Sequence record: PV296021.1
Reading direction: 5' to 3' (one strand)
Length of the DNA stretch: 44,400 nt
Source of the DNA: Enterococcus phage fHoEfm07
Position 1 is the stretch's first letter. Each line of letters opens with the position of its first letter. The notes below the pieces were generated by a model, which searched no databases, had not been told where the DNA came from, and was given only the letters and a program-made list of their open reading frames with translations. The translations under genes were made by a program, and so were the position numbers. Of the stretch, positions 36,769-43,785 are shown one piece after another.

Positions 36769-36775
36769 ATATATA

Positions 36776-36793
36776 GGCGTTGCTTAAAACGCC
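36776..36793 (+). terminator. Small hairpin GGCGTTgcttaaAACGCC after the zinc-finger gene (weak terminator candidate)
   Basis: Perfect 6-bp stem. Followed by ttaaaacgaaaaatag rather than a clean T-tract. Confidence 0.3.
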
Positions 36794-36832
36794 TTAAAAC
36801 GAAAAATAGAGGCTAATTCGGAGGGATAGGAA

Positions 36833-37315
36833 ATGACAAAAAAGGAGTTTCATCGTTTACGATCGATTTATCTTGCAATGTATGATCGAACCAAAAGCGC
36901 ATTTTGGTTCGATAAAGTCAAAGAACTAACAAGAAAGTATGAAGAAGAAAATGACTATCGGCGGTTTGATGGTTATATAAAAATCCATTATCCGGACGGA
37001 TCGGAATATTTGTATCGCAATTTGGATCGTGCAGGCGATCAATTCAAATTATCGGGATTGAAAATGTTTGACATGGCAAGAGCAGGCAAGAAGTTAAACG
37101 ATGGAACATTTTTCACGTTGGAAGAAATACCGAAGAAAAATCGGTTTGGCGTAACATTTGAATATCCGAACGGATGCATCAAGGAGTTTTTATCGGTCGC
37201 AAGCGCAAGCAAATCAATCGGATTTTCGATCGATACAATTTCCAGATATAAGAATTCAGATAAGTTGTTGCTAGGGGAAATCAAGATCACAACGCTTCTG
37301 CATGAAGAATTATAA
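36833..37315 (+). CDS. Putative DNA-binding protein with C-terminal NUMOD1-like HTH; possibly a degenerate GIY-YIG-type homing-endonuclease relative
   Basis: C-terminal FLSVASASKSIGFSIDTISRYKN fits the F.S..EAA..LG.S...IS pattern of homing-endonuclease DNA-binding modules. N-terminal GYIKIHYPDGSEYLYRN...TLEEIPKKN loosely recalls the GIY-YIG core and the I-TevI LEEIP helix. Confidence 0.3.
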   Translation: MTKKEFHRLRSIYLAMYDRTKSAFWFDKVKELTRKYEEENDYRRFDGYIKIHYPDGSEYLYRNLDRAGDQFKLSGLKMFDMARAGKKLNDGTFFTLEEIPKKNRFGVTFEYPNGCIKEFLSVASASKSIGFSIDTISRYKNSDKLLLGEIKITTLLHEEL

Positions 37316-37332
37316 AAAAGTTTTATTTTTTA

Positions 37333-37389
37333 TTGTACAATCAGTTGCACAATGATATAATACATTTGTAAGGACAACTAGTTGCATAA
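37333..37389 (+). promoter_or_regulatory. Promoter/operator cassette copy 2: TTGTAC-17-TGaTATAAT with TTGYRCAA palindromes
   Basis: TTGTACAAtcagTTGCACAATGATATAATacatTTGTAAGGACAActagTTGCATAAcaaaaAGGGAAAGAGGTGG. Paralogous to 34087-34141. Confidence 0.55.
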
Positions 37390-37411
37390 CAAAAAGGGAA
37401 AGAGGTGGAAA

Positions 37412-37597
37412 ATGATGTGGGCAATCGGATTTTTCGTTTTCGCATTCATCACGTTGGCTTTGCTATATAACGAATGGCAAAATGAGAAAGAAGCGAAATT
37501 GGAAGCTTTGAAAAAAATCGAGGATTTGGAAAAACAAGTGCGAGTTTTAGAAGAAGTCGCAAGCATCACGAAAGAAGATGGAGGGATGGAGTTTTGA
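37412..37597 (+). CDS. Small membrane protein (N-terminal TM plus short coiled coil), about 61 aa
   Basis: ATG (Met11 of the tracked ORF) after RBS AGAGGTGGAAA. MMWAIGFFVFAFITLALLY hydrophobic segment. Confidence 0.4.
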   Translation: MMWAIGFFVFAFITLALLYNEWQNEKEAKLEALKKIEDLEKQVRVLEEVASITKEDGGMEF

Positions 37598-38100
37598 AAA
37601 AGTGGTCGGAGTTTGAAAGAGAAATAGAGCAAACAAATGCATACTATCAAAGAAAAGGCCGTGGAGCGGTGGCGAAATTGCCGAATGGTGTGCAAACAGT
37701 CAAACAAGCAGGCACGATCAAAAATTTCCGGGTAAAAACGCCGTGTGATTTCATCGGACACGTTGACGGCGTTCCGGTGGCTTTCGATGTTAAAACGACA
37801 TCAAGAAAGACCGCATTTCCAATTTTCACGAGAGGAAAGAACAACAAAGAAACATACTCACTTAAGAAGCATCAAGCGATGTTTCTATCGCAGTTCGACA
37901 ACGGCGGAAGAGGTTATGTGCTAATCTATTCAATTCCGAAAGATATATCGTGGCTTGTGCCGATCGAAGAATATTTGATGCTTAGCCAGGCAATGAAGAA
38001 CAGTGGTAAGAAAAGCATTAATTTCATCCATTTTATCGGATATGAAATCGAAAGAAAAGGCATGTTTTGGGATTATGCCGAAAAAATTTTCGGAGGTTAA
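37594..38100 (+). CDS. recU: RecU-like Holliday junction resolvase
   Basis: EREIEQTNAYYQRKGRGAVAKLP ... VAFDVKTTSRKTAFPI resemble the B. subtilis RecU motifs LEKDINQTNDYYR and YIDFEAKETKNKTSFPL as I recall them. Confidence 0.65.
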   Translation: MKKWSEFEREIEQTNAYYQRKGRGAVAKLPNGVQTVKQAGTIKNFRVKTPCDFIGHVDGVPVAFDVKTTSRKTAFPIFTRGKNNKETYSLKKHQAMFLSQFDNGGRGYVLIYSIPKDISWLVPIEEYLMLSQAMKNSGKKSINFIHFIGYEIERKGMFWDYAEKIFGG

Positions 38101-38101
38101 A

Positions 38102-38281
38102 ATGATGTATATTATAGGGTTCATAATCAAAATGATTCTTGCGATCATCGTGATTGCTTTCGTTGGTTTTGGCATTTTGTGGATATTGTTTCCAGAAAAT
38201 CCGCTTGTTGTTTGGGTCGTTGCAATTGCTTTGCCGGTTATCATTTGGCAAGGGTACAAAGAATTGGAGGAAAATCGATGA
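38102..38281 (+). CDS. Small 2-TM membrane protein (59 aa)
   Basis: ATG (Met34 of the tracked ORF 38003) right after the RecU stop, with RBS GGAGG. Two hydrophobic helices. Confidence 0.4.
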   Translation: MMYIIGFIIKMILAIIVIAFVGFGILWILFPENPLVVWVVAIALPVIIWQGYKELEENR

Positions 38282-38604
38282 TCGATGCAAACGAAGTGGA
38301 AAAGATTATCGGCGTTCAGCTTGATGATTGGCAAAAAGAAATGATCGACAATTCTAATTCGATCAATTTCAATGCAAGTCGGAGAAGGTCGGGGCGTGGA
38401 CTTGTGATGATCATTAAATTTTTATTACAGGTTGGCCATCCATATTCCTTGCCTAAAAAATCAATGTTATTAGATAAAAATAAAGTTTATGCAATCAATT
38501 ATTTTGAAATGATGGTTGATTGCTATGAAAAACTAAAAGCGGAAGGCATTCCGGTTCGCACGCTTAAAAACACGGAAGAATATGAAAGAGAGGGAAACAA
38601 GTGA
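38278..38604 (+). CDS. Hypothetical protein (108 aa)
   Basis: ATG (Met34 of the tracked ORF 38179) preceded by GGAGGAAAATCG. Overlaps the upstream stop. Confidence 0.4.
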   Translation: MIDANEVEKIIGVQLDDWQKEMIDNSNSINFNASRRRSGRGLVMIIKFLLQVGHPYSLPKKSMLLDKNKVYAINYFEMMVDCYEKLKAEGIPVRTLKNTEEYEREGNK

Positions 38605-38921
38605 TCTGTATAGGCGCAAAACAACCAGGAGGGAACGCACAACCTATTCCGATCAGTGCCAGGCCTATTGATATGATCGACTTGCTGAAACGGCTAAAAC
38701 GAGCTTACACGCAATTTCAGCAAGTATCAGAATATATCTACGTTAACGGACTGACATTGATCGATGTAGAACTCGAAACGGAATTTGATCGGCCAATATT
38801 CATTTGTAGGAACTTAAATGGCAAACTATTGTATCTGTTTCACGATGGTTGTATCAAAAGTGTTCGGAATAAAAACGGTAACATGGAAATCGAAGAAAAT
38901 CATTTGTGGGATTGGAGGTAA
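38601..38921 (+). CDS. Hypothetical protein (106 aa)
   Basis: GTG start overlapping the upstream stop (GTGA). Confidence 0.35.
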   Translation: MICIGAKQPGGNAQPIPISARPIDMIDLLKRLKRAYTQFQQVSEYIYVNGLTLIDVELETEFDRPIFICRNLNGKLLYLFHDGCIKSVRNKNGNMEIEENHLWDWR

Positions 38922-38925
38922 AGAA

Positions 38926-39132
38926 TTGATATTTGTTAGCTATTTGATTCTTGTTTCGTTGGTCAGCGGTTTGGGGATTTTTACAATCAGCACATTTTTC
39001 CGCCAGGCATTCAATCACGATCAAGAAATTGATAATTTTAATGCAATATTTTGGTTTGGCATCGCAATTGTTTTGACCGTTGTCATATTGGCTTGCCTGG
39101 TATTCATCGGATTGGAGTTGAAACAGATATGA
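38926..39132 (+). CDS. Small 2-TM membrane protein (68 aa)
   Basis: TTG start 7 nt after GGAGG (codon 37 of the tracked ORF 38818). Two hydrophobic helices. Confidence 0.35.
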   Translation: MIFVSYLILVSLVSGLGIFTISTFFRQAFNHDQEIDNFNAIFWFGIAIVLTVVILACLVFIGLELKQI

Positions 39133-39452
39133 AAAAGCACGTGTTGGAAATCGTAGTCAAAAAGAAAAATGTGATCTTGAGGAAAACGGTCAAACATGCA
39201 GGATCAGAACAGATCGCAAGAGATGTGTTTCACGTGGAACATGAACGACTAAGAAAAATGCAAGTCGAACAAGACGTGAAAGAAATCCAAAAAGCGCAAC
39301 GGCGTGGCTTTTATGATGTTTATCTAAGATATATCAAGATGAACCAAAAAACGAACGGCTTGCAGGTGTCGGAAAGCTTTATGGAAGAACATTTCACTTT
39401 TGCCAACGATCAAAAATTCGGGAGGGTCGATGATGTTAGCAAAGCAAAATGA
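39129..39452 (+). CDS. Hypothetical basic protein (107 aa)
   Basis: ATGA overlap with the upstream gene (Met27 of the tracked ORF 39051). Confidence 0.4.
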   Translation: MKKHVLEIVVKKKNVILRKTVKHAGSEQIARDVFHVEHERLRKMQVEQDVKEIQKAQRRGFYDVYLRYIKMNQKTNGLQVSESFMEEHFTFANDQKFGRVDDVSKAK

Positions 39453-39536
39453 TCCGGATATTTTCAAAAGAGCAAGATGCGGAGTTTGTAAAAGCAGAGC
39501 GGCGAACGAATATTATACGAAAGAGGTATTTGGAAA

Positions 39537-40169
39537 ATGGAAATAATTACAAGAGAAGAATTCACAGTCAAAATCAAAAAAATGTTAGAAATGCAAGATG
39601 CACTTGATCAAGCAATACTCAAAGAAAAGGCGCTAGGCCTAACGAAAGATGATTTGTTTGCCTTAACTAAAACGGCGCTTATTGTCGAGGTGTCAGAAGC
39701 GACAAACGTTGCAGAATATTTCAAGCATTGGAAAGATCATCGAGGGAACAAAGCAGATGTAGGAAAGACACACGAAGAAACGTTGTGCGAAGAATTTTCA
39801 GATGCATTTCATTTTCTGTTATCACTTATCAATCAAAAGGGATCGTTTAAACATGTCGATGCGTATTTAGATAAATACATCGAAGAATGGTTCGATGAGA
39901 ATGTATTTAATTCAAAAACAGGATATTTAGAATATTTCGAAACCATGTACGATTTGAATTTCAATGGATCATCGACAGCGCTGTTTTTCACTATTTTAAA
40001 CGGCGAGTTATCAAATTTATTTTTGACATCGACATCATCCGAATATATAAATACGCTTTTTAATTTCCTGGCATATGCAAGGGTTTGTGGCGTAACATTC
40101 AACGATTTATACGAAGCTTATATGATCAAAAATAAGATCAATTATGAGCGACTAGAATCGGGGTATTGA
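39537..40169 (+). CDS. dut: Dimeric dUTPase (phi11-type, all-alpha NTP pyrophosphatase fold)
   Basis: FKHWKDHRGNKADVGKTHEETLCEEFSDAFHFLLSLINQKGSF and C-terminal LYEAYMIKNKINYERLESGY parallel the Staph phage dimeric Dut segments FKNWKKKPGK...ELADMLAFGLSIANQQGF and LIDAYKKKMKRNHERQDG as I recall them. Confidence 0.55.
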   Translation: MEIITREEFTVKIKKMLEMQDALDQAILKEKALGLTKDDLFALTKTALIVEVSEATNVAEYFKHWKDHRGNKADVGKTHEETLCEEFSDAFHFLLSLINQKGSFKHVDAYLDKYIEEWFDENVFNSKTGYLEYFETMYDLNFNGSSTALFFTILNGELSNLFLTSTSSEYINTLFNFLAYARVCGVTFNDLYEAYMIKNKINYERLESGY

Positions 40170-40355
40170 TCGATGCAACCAGTATATATTTTGTGGGCGG
40201 TATTTATCGCAATTTTTATCGGTGTAATTATTTTCAAAGATGACGAAGGAGATTAGAAATGGGAAAACGTGGCAAACGAATCAAAAAGAAAAACAGAAAA
40301 CGGAAAGAATCACGTGAAATCAACGAACAAAAAACAAAGAAAGTGAGTGATCAAA

Positions 40356-40664
40356 ATGGCGTTAGTGGAGTACACAGCAACAAAAGTCGTTTGTGATATT
40401 TGTGGAGCAGATGCAAATGGATCATGGTTTCGCAGGGAAGAAGTGAACGGCATTACAAATCGGCTGTTTATCATTCCAATCGATTTATGTGACACACATT
40501 CGAAGATGTATGACGAAGACGAAGCATTCAAAAAGTACGTTGTATTGGAAAGCGAGAAAAACAATTATCCACAGGAAAAGAAAGATGAATTGATCCAGGC
40601 GATGAAACAAAAATGGGAGGGTATGGAAGAATGGCAACAAGATCAAATGAAGAACAACAATTGA
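40356..40664 (+). CDS. Hypothetical protein with an N-terminal CxxC motif (102 aa)
   Basis: Internal ATG of the tracked ORF 40347. Weak RBS. Confidence 0.35.
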   Translation: MALVEYTATKVVCDICGADANGSWFRREEVNGITNRLFIIPIDLCDTHSKMYDEDEAFKKYVVLESEKNNYPQEKKDELIQAMKQKWEGMEEWQQDQMKNNN

Positions 40665-40879
40665 TCGCAGAAATCAAAGCAAATTACACAGGATTTGTGA
40701 ATAACTCTTTTATCGGAAACATAAGCACAAGCGGACATCCCAGGATTTTGGATGGTTTATTGGTCAATTTGATCGCAGACATCATCAACCGCAAAGAAAC
40801 GGACGAAGAGCGCCACAATCTTTGCTATCAGATTGACCAGGTTATTTCAGATCACTTGAAGCAGGAGGAAGATCGATGA
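40631..40879 (+). CDS. Hypothetical protein (about 82 aa)
   Basis: ATG (Met7 of the tracked ORF 40613) 10 nt after GGGAGGG. Overlaps the downstream start (ATGA). Confidence 0.35.
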   Translation: MATRSNEEQQLIAEIKANYTGFVNNSFIGNISTSGHPRILDGLLVNLIADIINRKETDEERHNLCYQIDQVISDHLKQEEDR

Positions 40880-41127
40880 AATATCGGGTTGGGGATAGGT
40901 TCATGGCAAGAGTGAAAGGAGAGTTCCTTATTCGTGAGGTGGTCGCAGTCGATTGCGATCATCCTCATGGATATCACTATAAAACGATGGCCAACGATTC
41001 AAAACCGTTTTGGCAAACAGAAAAGCAGTTGGATAAATATGTTCACGTTGGAAATGTCTTTCGGATAGAACGTTCTTACGAAATATACAAAGCAACACAA
41101 GAAAAAAGGTGTGAAAAGGGGTTATAG
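40876..41127 (+). CDS. Hypothetical protein (83 aa)
   Basis: Coupled ATGA start. RBS GGAGGAAGA. Confidence 0.4.
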   Translation: MKYRVGDRFMARVKGEFLIREVVAVDCDHPHGYHYKTMANDSKPFWQTEKQLDKYVHVGNVFRIERSYEIYKATQEKRCEKGL

Positions 41128-41128
41128 T

Positions 41129-41332
41129 ATGGAAATGTATCGTATCACTTACAAGCAAAAATTTGCCGGGAAAGTATTAGAAGATTCATATATAAAACGT
41201 GTTAGAAGTTACGAAGAAATCGACATGGCCATTGAAGCGTTATATGATGATCCTTGCGTTTTTGCAGTGGAAGCGATCCGGATCAATTCGACAGACGAAG
41301 CAGGCGGAGGGAATGGGAATGAATCAATTTAG
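41129..41332 (+). CDS. Hypothetical protein (67 aa)
   Basis: ATG (Met7 of the tracked ORF 41111) after AAAAGGGG. Confidence 0.35.
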   Translation: MEMYRITYKQKFAGKVLEDSYIKRVRSYEEIDMAIEALYDDPCVFAVEAIRINSTDEAGGGNGNESI

Positions 41333-41513
41333 CGCAGGCGATCGGATCATTTGCAAATATTCGGATGTTACTGATTGGATTTATAAAGTCGAGAAATTTG
41401 AAAAGAAGGATCGCAATGGCGTGTATCATTTACTTTCGCCATCCGGTGTGAATTTTGAATGTCAGCAATTGAACGTGGAAGATGTTTGCGAATTGTATGA
41501 GAAAGGACGTTAA
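41313..41513 (+). CDS. Hypothetical protein (about 66 aa)
   Basis: ATG after GGCGGAGGGAATGGGAATG (Met39 of the tracked ORF 41199). Confidence 0.35.
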   Translation: MGMNQFSAGDRIICKYSDVTDWIYKVEKFEKKDRNGVYHLLSPSGVNFECQQLNVEDVCELYEKGR

Positions 41514-41677
41514 CAAATGACAGAAATCGAATGGGCGTTGTTTATCGTAGCATTATTTTTCGGCAATATCTCATTTCGTGATAGACAAGGCGTGCCACGA
41601 TTTGAATATAGCGGATTGGTTGCATATCTAATCAAAAAGGCTTTTGAAGCTATAAAAGCGATGAAAGAGGATGATCG

Positions 41678-42175
41678 ATGATGGAAAAAAGACAATATAT
41701 GTGTGCTTTAAACGCAGATCAAGAAGTTTGGGAAGCAACAGAGCGTTTCAATACAAGGATCGAAGCGATTAATGCAGGCATTCAAGGTTTGGCAGAAAAA
41801 GACGAAGACATTTTCGGAGAAATCCCAGAAATAGGAACGACAAAATTCGCAGTTGGCAGAATAAGTGAATACAAAATCAATTTTGAAAACGTGGCAGAAG
41901 AGATCATGGAGATCATAAGCGAAGATGCCTATGATTATCTAGGGGAATCGGCAACGAACTATCTTGAAGACGTTGAGGACGATCAAAAGAAAAGACTTGC
42001 AGGTGTGATCGAAAAATTTTTCAAGGAAGAAGAATTGATGCCAAAATGTTTCAACATCGTTGACATTGAAGAATATGACATCACGGACTTATTCGGATCA
42101 TACGTAAAAAACAATACATTTCCGGATTTCACTAAGAAAGAATGGAGAAGCGGATTTGATGCAGGGATGGCTTAA
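41678..42175 (+). CDS. Highly acidic hypothetical protein (165 aa); DNA-mimic / anti-restriction candidate
   Basis: Roughly 45 Asp+Glu against about 20 Lys+Arg by eye. No TM segment and no catalytic motif. Lies in the early region. Confidence 0.4.
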   Translation: MMEKRQYMCALNADQEVWEATERFNTRIEAINAGIQGLAEKDEDIFGEIPEIGTTKFAVGRISEYKINFENVAEEIMEIISEDAYDYLGESATNYLEDVEDDQKKRLAGVIEKFFKEEELMPKCFNIVDIEEYDITDLFGSYVKNNTFPDFTKKEWRSGFDAGMA

Positions 42176-42638
42176 AGAATACCGAATGAAACAAGCAAAC
42201 GAGTTGATCCGAATGATTGCAAATCGTGGTCGGCGTTTCTTTGATTATACGACAGTTAAGAGAATGGATAACGAAGCACTTTTGGGGAGCGTGTCGCATT
42301 TCATTATCAAAAACAACCGTGTCTATTTCAAGGATGGTTATACACAAAAAGAAATGTTTGCTTATAACCATCTTTACATGAAAGAATTTACGCCAGGCGG
42401 AACGCTCGAAGCACTTGTGTTGGATTTGTCGGAGTTCATTCGAACAGGCGAACCAACTAACGGCAATAATGGATATGGCGGTGTATATGCGCCAACAGAA
42501 CATTGGGGCTATTCGATCGAAGAAATGGAAGAGATCAGAGCGTATGCAAAGGAAATCGGATTTGCTAAGGGGGAACGAAATGGAAGGGTTGAATTTGAAA
42601 ACGTTCGTTGTGGTCAACGGCAATCAATACATGGTTAG
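42156..42638 (+). CDS. Hypothetical protein (160 aa)
   Basis: Overlaps the upstream gene by 20 nt. No recognisable motif. Confidence 0.4.
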   Translation: MMQGWLKEYRMKQANELIRMIANRGRRFFDYTTVKRMDNEALLGSVSHFIIKNNRVYFKDGYTQKEMFAYNHLYMKEFTPGGTLEALVLDLSEFIRTGEPTNGNNGYGGVYAPTEHWGYSIEEMEEIRAYAKEIGFAKGERNGRVEFENVRCGQRQSIHG

Positions 42639-42810
42639 CACCGTTTATGTTTATGTTTTGGGATGGGAAACAATGGTTTTCAGAACAATCGGCGATCAAA
42701 CGGTTGTGGATTGGCAAGAAATAGATAAATATACCAGGCGTTACTTTTCCGAGGAAAAAGCAAGAGAAGGCCATCGGGAAACGATCATCGCTTTAAGGAG
42801 GGATGCTTGA
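42580..42810 (+). CDS. Hypothetical protein (about 76 aa)
   Basis: ATG (Met56 of the tracked ORF 42415) after GGGGGAACGAA. Confidence 0.35.
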   Translation: MEGLNLKTFVVVNGNQYMVSTVYVYVLGWETMVFRTIGDQTVVDWQEIDKYTRRYFSEEKAREGHRETIIALRRDA

Positions 42811-42992
42811 TGACTGACATCGTTTTCCGGGTAGCGTGTGGCATGGCAATTGTATTGCTGACTATATACGCAAAAAAAGAATTTAAAGAAACATCAAGAA
42901 GAAATGAACAGTTTCGCAGAACAATCACAGGAAGAAGGAGCAAACAGAATGAACCAACGCCAGAAGAAAAAACAACTGAAAAAGATCGTTGA
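42807..42992 (+). CDS. Small membrane protein (61 aa)
   Basis: Hydrophobic helix ACGMAIVLLTIYA then a basic tail. ATGA coupling. Confidence 0.35.
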   Translation: MMTDIVFRVACGMAIVLLTIYAKKEFKETSRRNEQFRRTITGRRSKQNEPTPEEKTTEKDR

Positions 42993-43293
42993 TCTTATGA
43001 ATCAAATCGAAATCGATGATTATGACGGCCAGGGGAATGAATTGTTTTATGTTTTGGCCGAAGCAAACGAAAAACATCAAGCAATCCTTGAAAAAATATG
43101 CAGTATAACGAAGGCGAACAAGTTACTCGTTCACATGATGTACGAATACGAAGATATGATGGATGATTTTAGGGATTGGGTCGTACAATTCGATTTAACA
43201 GAAGTATGGATGCTTATCAAGCAATGGCCGAAAAAATATGACATGGCTTATAACTCGAAAAAAGGATTTGTGATCGTGAGGGATCAAATGTGA
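42949..43293 (+). CDS. Hypothetical protein (114 aa)
   Basis: ATG (Met16 of the tracked ORF 42904) after GGAGCAAACAGA. Overlaps the preceding small ORF. Confidence 0.35.
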   Translation: MNQRQKKKQLKKIVDLMNQIEIDDYDGQGNELFYVLAEANEKHQAILEKICSITKANKLLVHMMYEYEDMMDDFRDWVVQFDLTEVWMLIKQWPKKYDMAYNSKKGFVIVRDQM

Positions 43294-43520
43294 CAAACAA
43301 AGAGATCAAAGAAGCATTGCAACAAGAGGGGATGCCAATGTTAAGAACCATGAAAGGAAATCTAGTTTTATATCTACCAATAGGATCAACAGATCGATAT
43401 AAACCGATCGCAGAAACTTGGCACAGAAAATGGATCATCCTTGATGATATCAAGCTTTTGGAAAATAAGGCGTTTGATGTAATAAAGCTATTAAACAAAT
43501 GGGATCATAAAACTAATTAA
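43290..43520 (+). CDS. Hypothetical protein (76 aa)
   Basis: Coupled start. Last gene of this early transcription unit before a terminator. Confidence 0.4.
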   Translation: MTNKEIKEALQQEGMPMLRTMKGNLVLYLPIGSTDRYKPIAETWHRKWIILDDIKLLENKAFDVIKLLNKWDHKTN

Positions 43521-43524
43521 TGAT

Positions 43525-43538
43525 GTTTCACATGGAAC
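43525..43538 (+). promoter_or_regulatory. Inverted-repeat element GTTTCAcaTGGAAC (copy D, one mismatch), 5 nt after the stop of the 43290 gene
   Basis: aTGTTTCACATGGAACAttagtgtataatg. A TATAAT-like hexamer follows. Confidence 0.35.
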
Positions 43539-43707
43539 ATTAGTGTATAATGAATGAAGATGCCACGGCATCGATCATTTGGTTTCTTCTTTCATGATTC
43601 AAGTCCGATTTTTGTTGGAGAAGTCGGCAACGATGTGGATTGATTGGACTACTCACAATTTTCCATTTCTTATCCTATCGAATTCGGCCGTTGGTGGTCG
43701 GGATGAA

Positions 43708-43734
43708 GGTTTGCTTAACAGCAAGCCTTTTTTT
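43708..43734 (+). terminator. Rho-independent terminator
   Basis: GGTTTGCTtaacAGCAAGCC followed by ttttttt. Confidence 0.5.
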
Positions 43735-43785
43735 GTTGGTTTCCGTGTATAATAGACGTATCAAATGCAAGAAAGGAGAAAGGAC

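Noticed and set aside
41678-42175. ArdA-family assignment for the acidic 165-aa protein
   Set aside because: Size and charge fit, but the conserved ArdA N-terminal signature (VYVANLGKYNEG-like) is absent. Kept only as a generic DNA-mimic hypothesis.
43548-43595. Short ATG-initiated ORF right after inverted-repeat copy D
   Set aside because: Only about 15 codons, no RBS, and it sits in a terminator/promoter-containing spacer.
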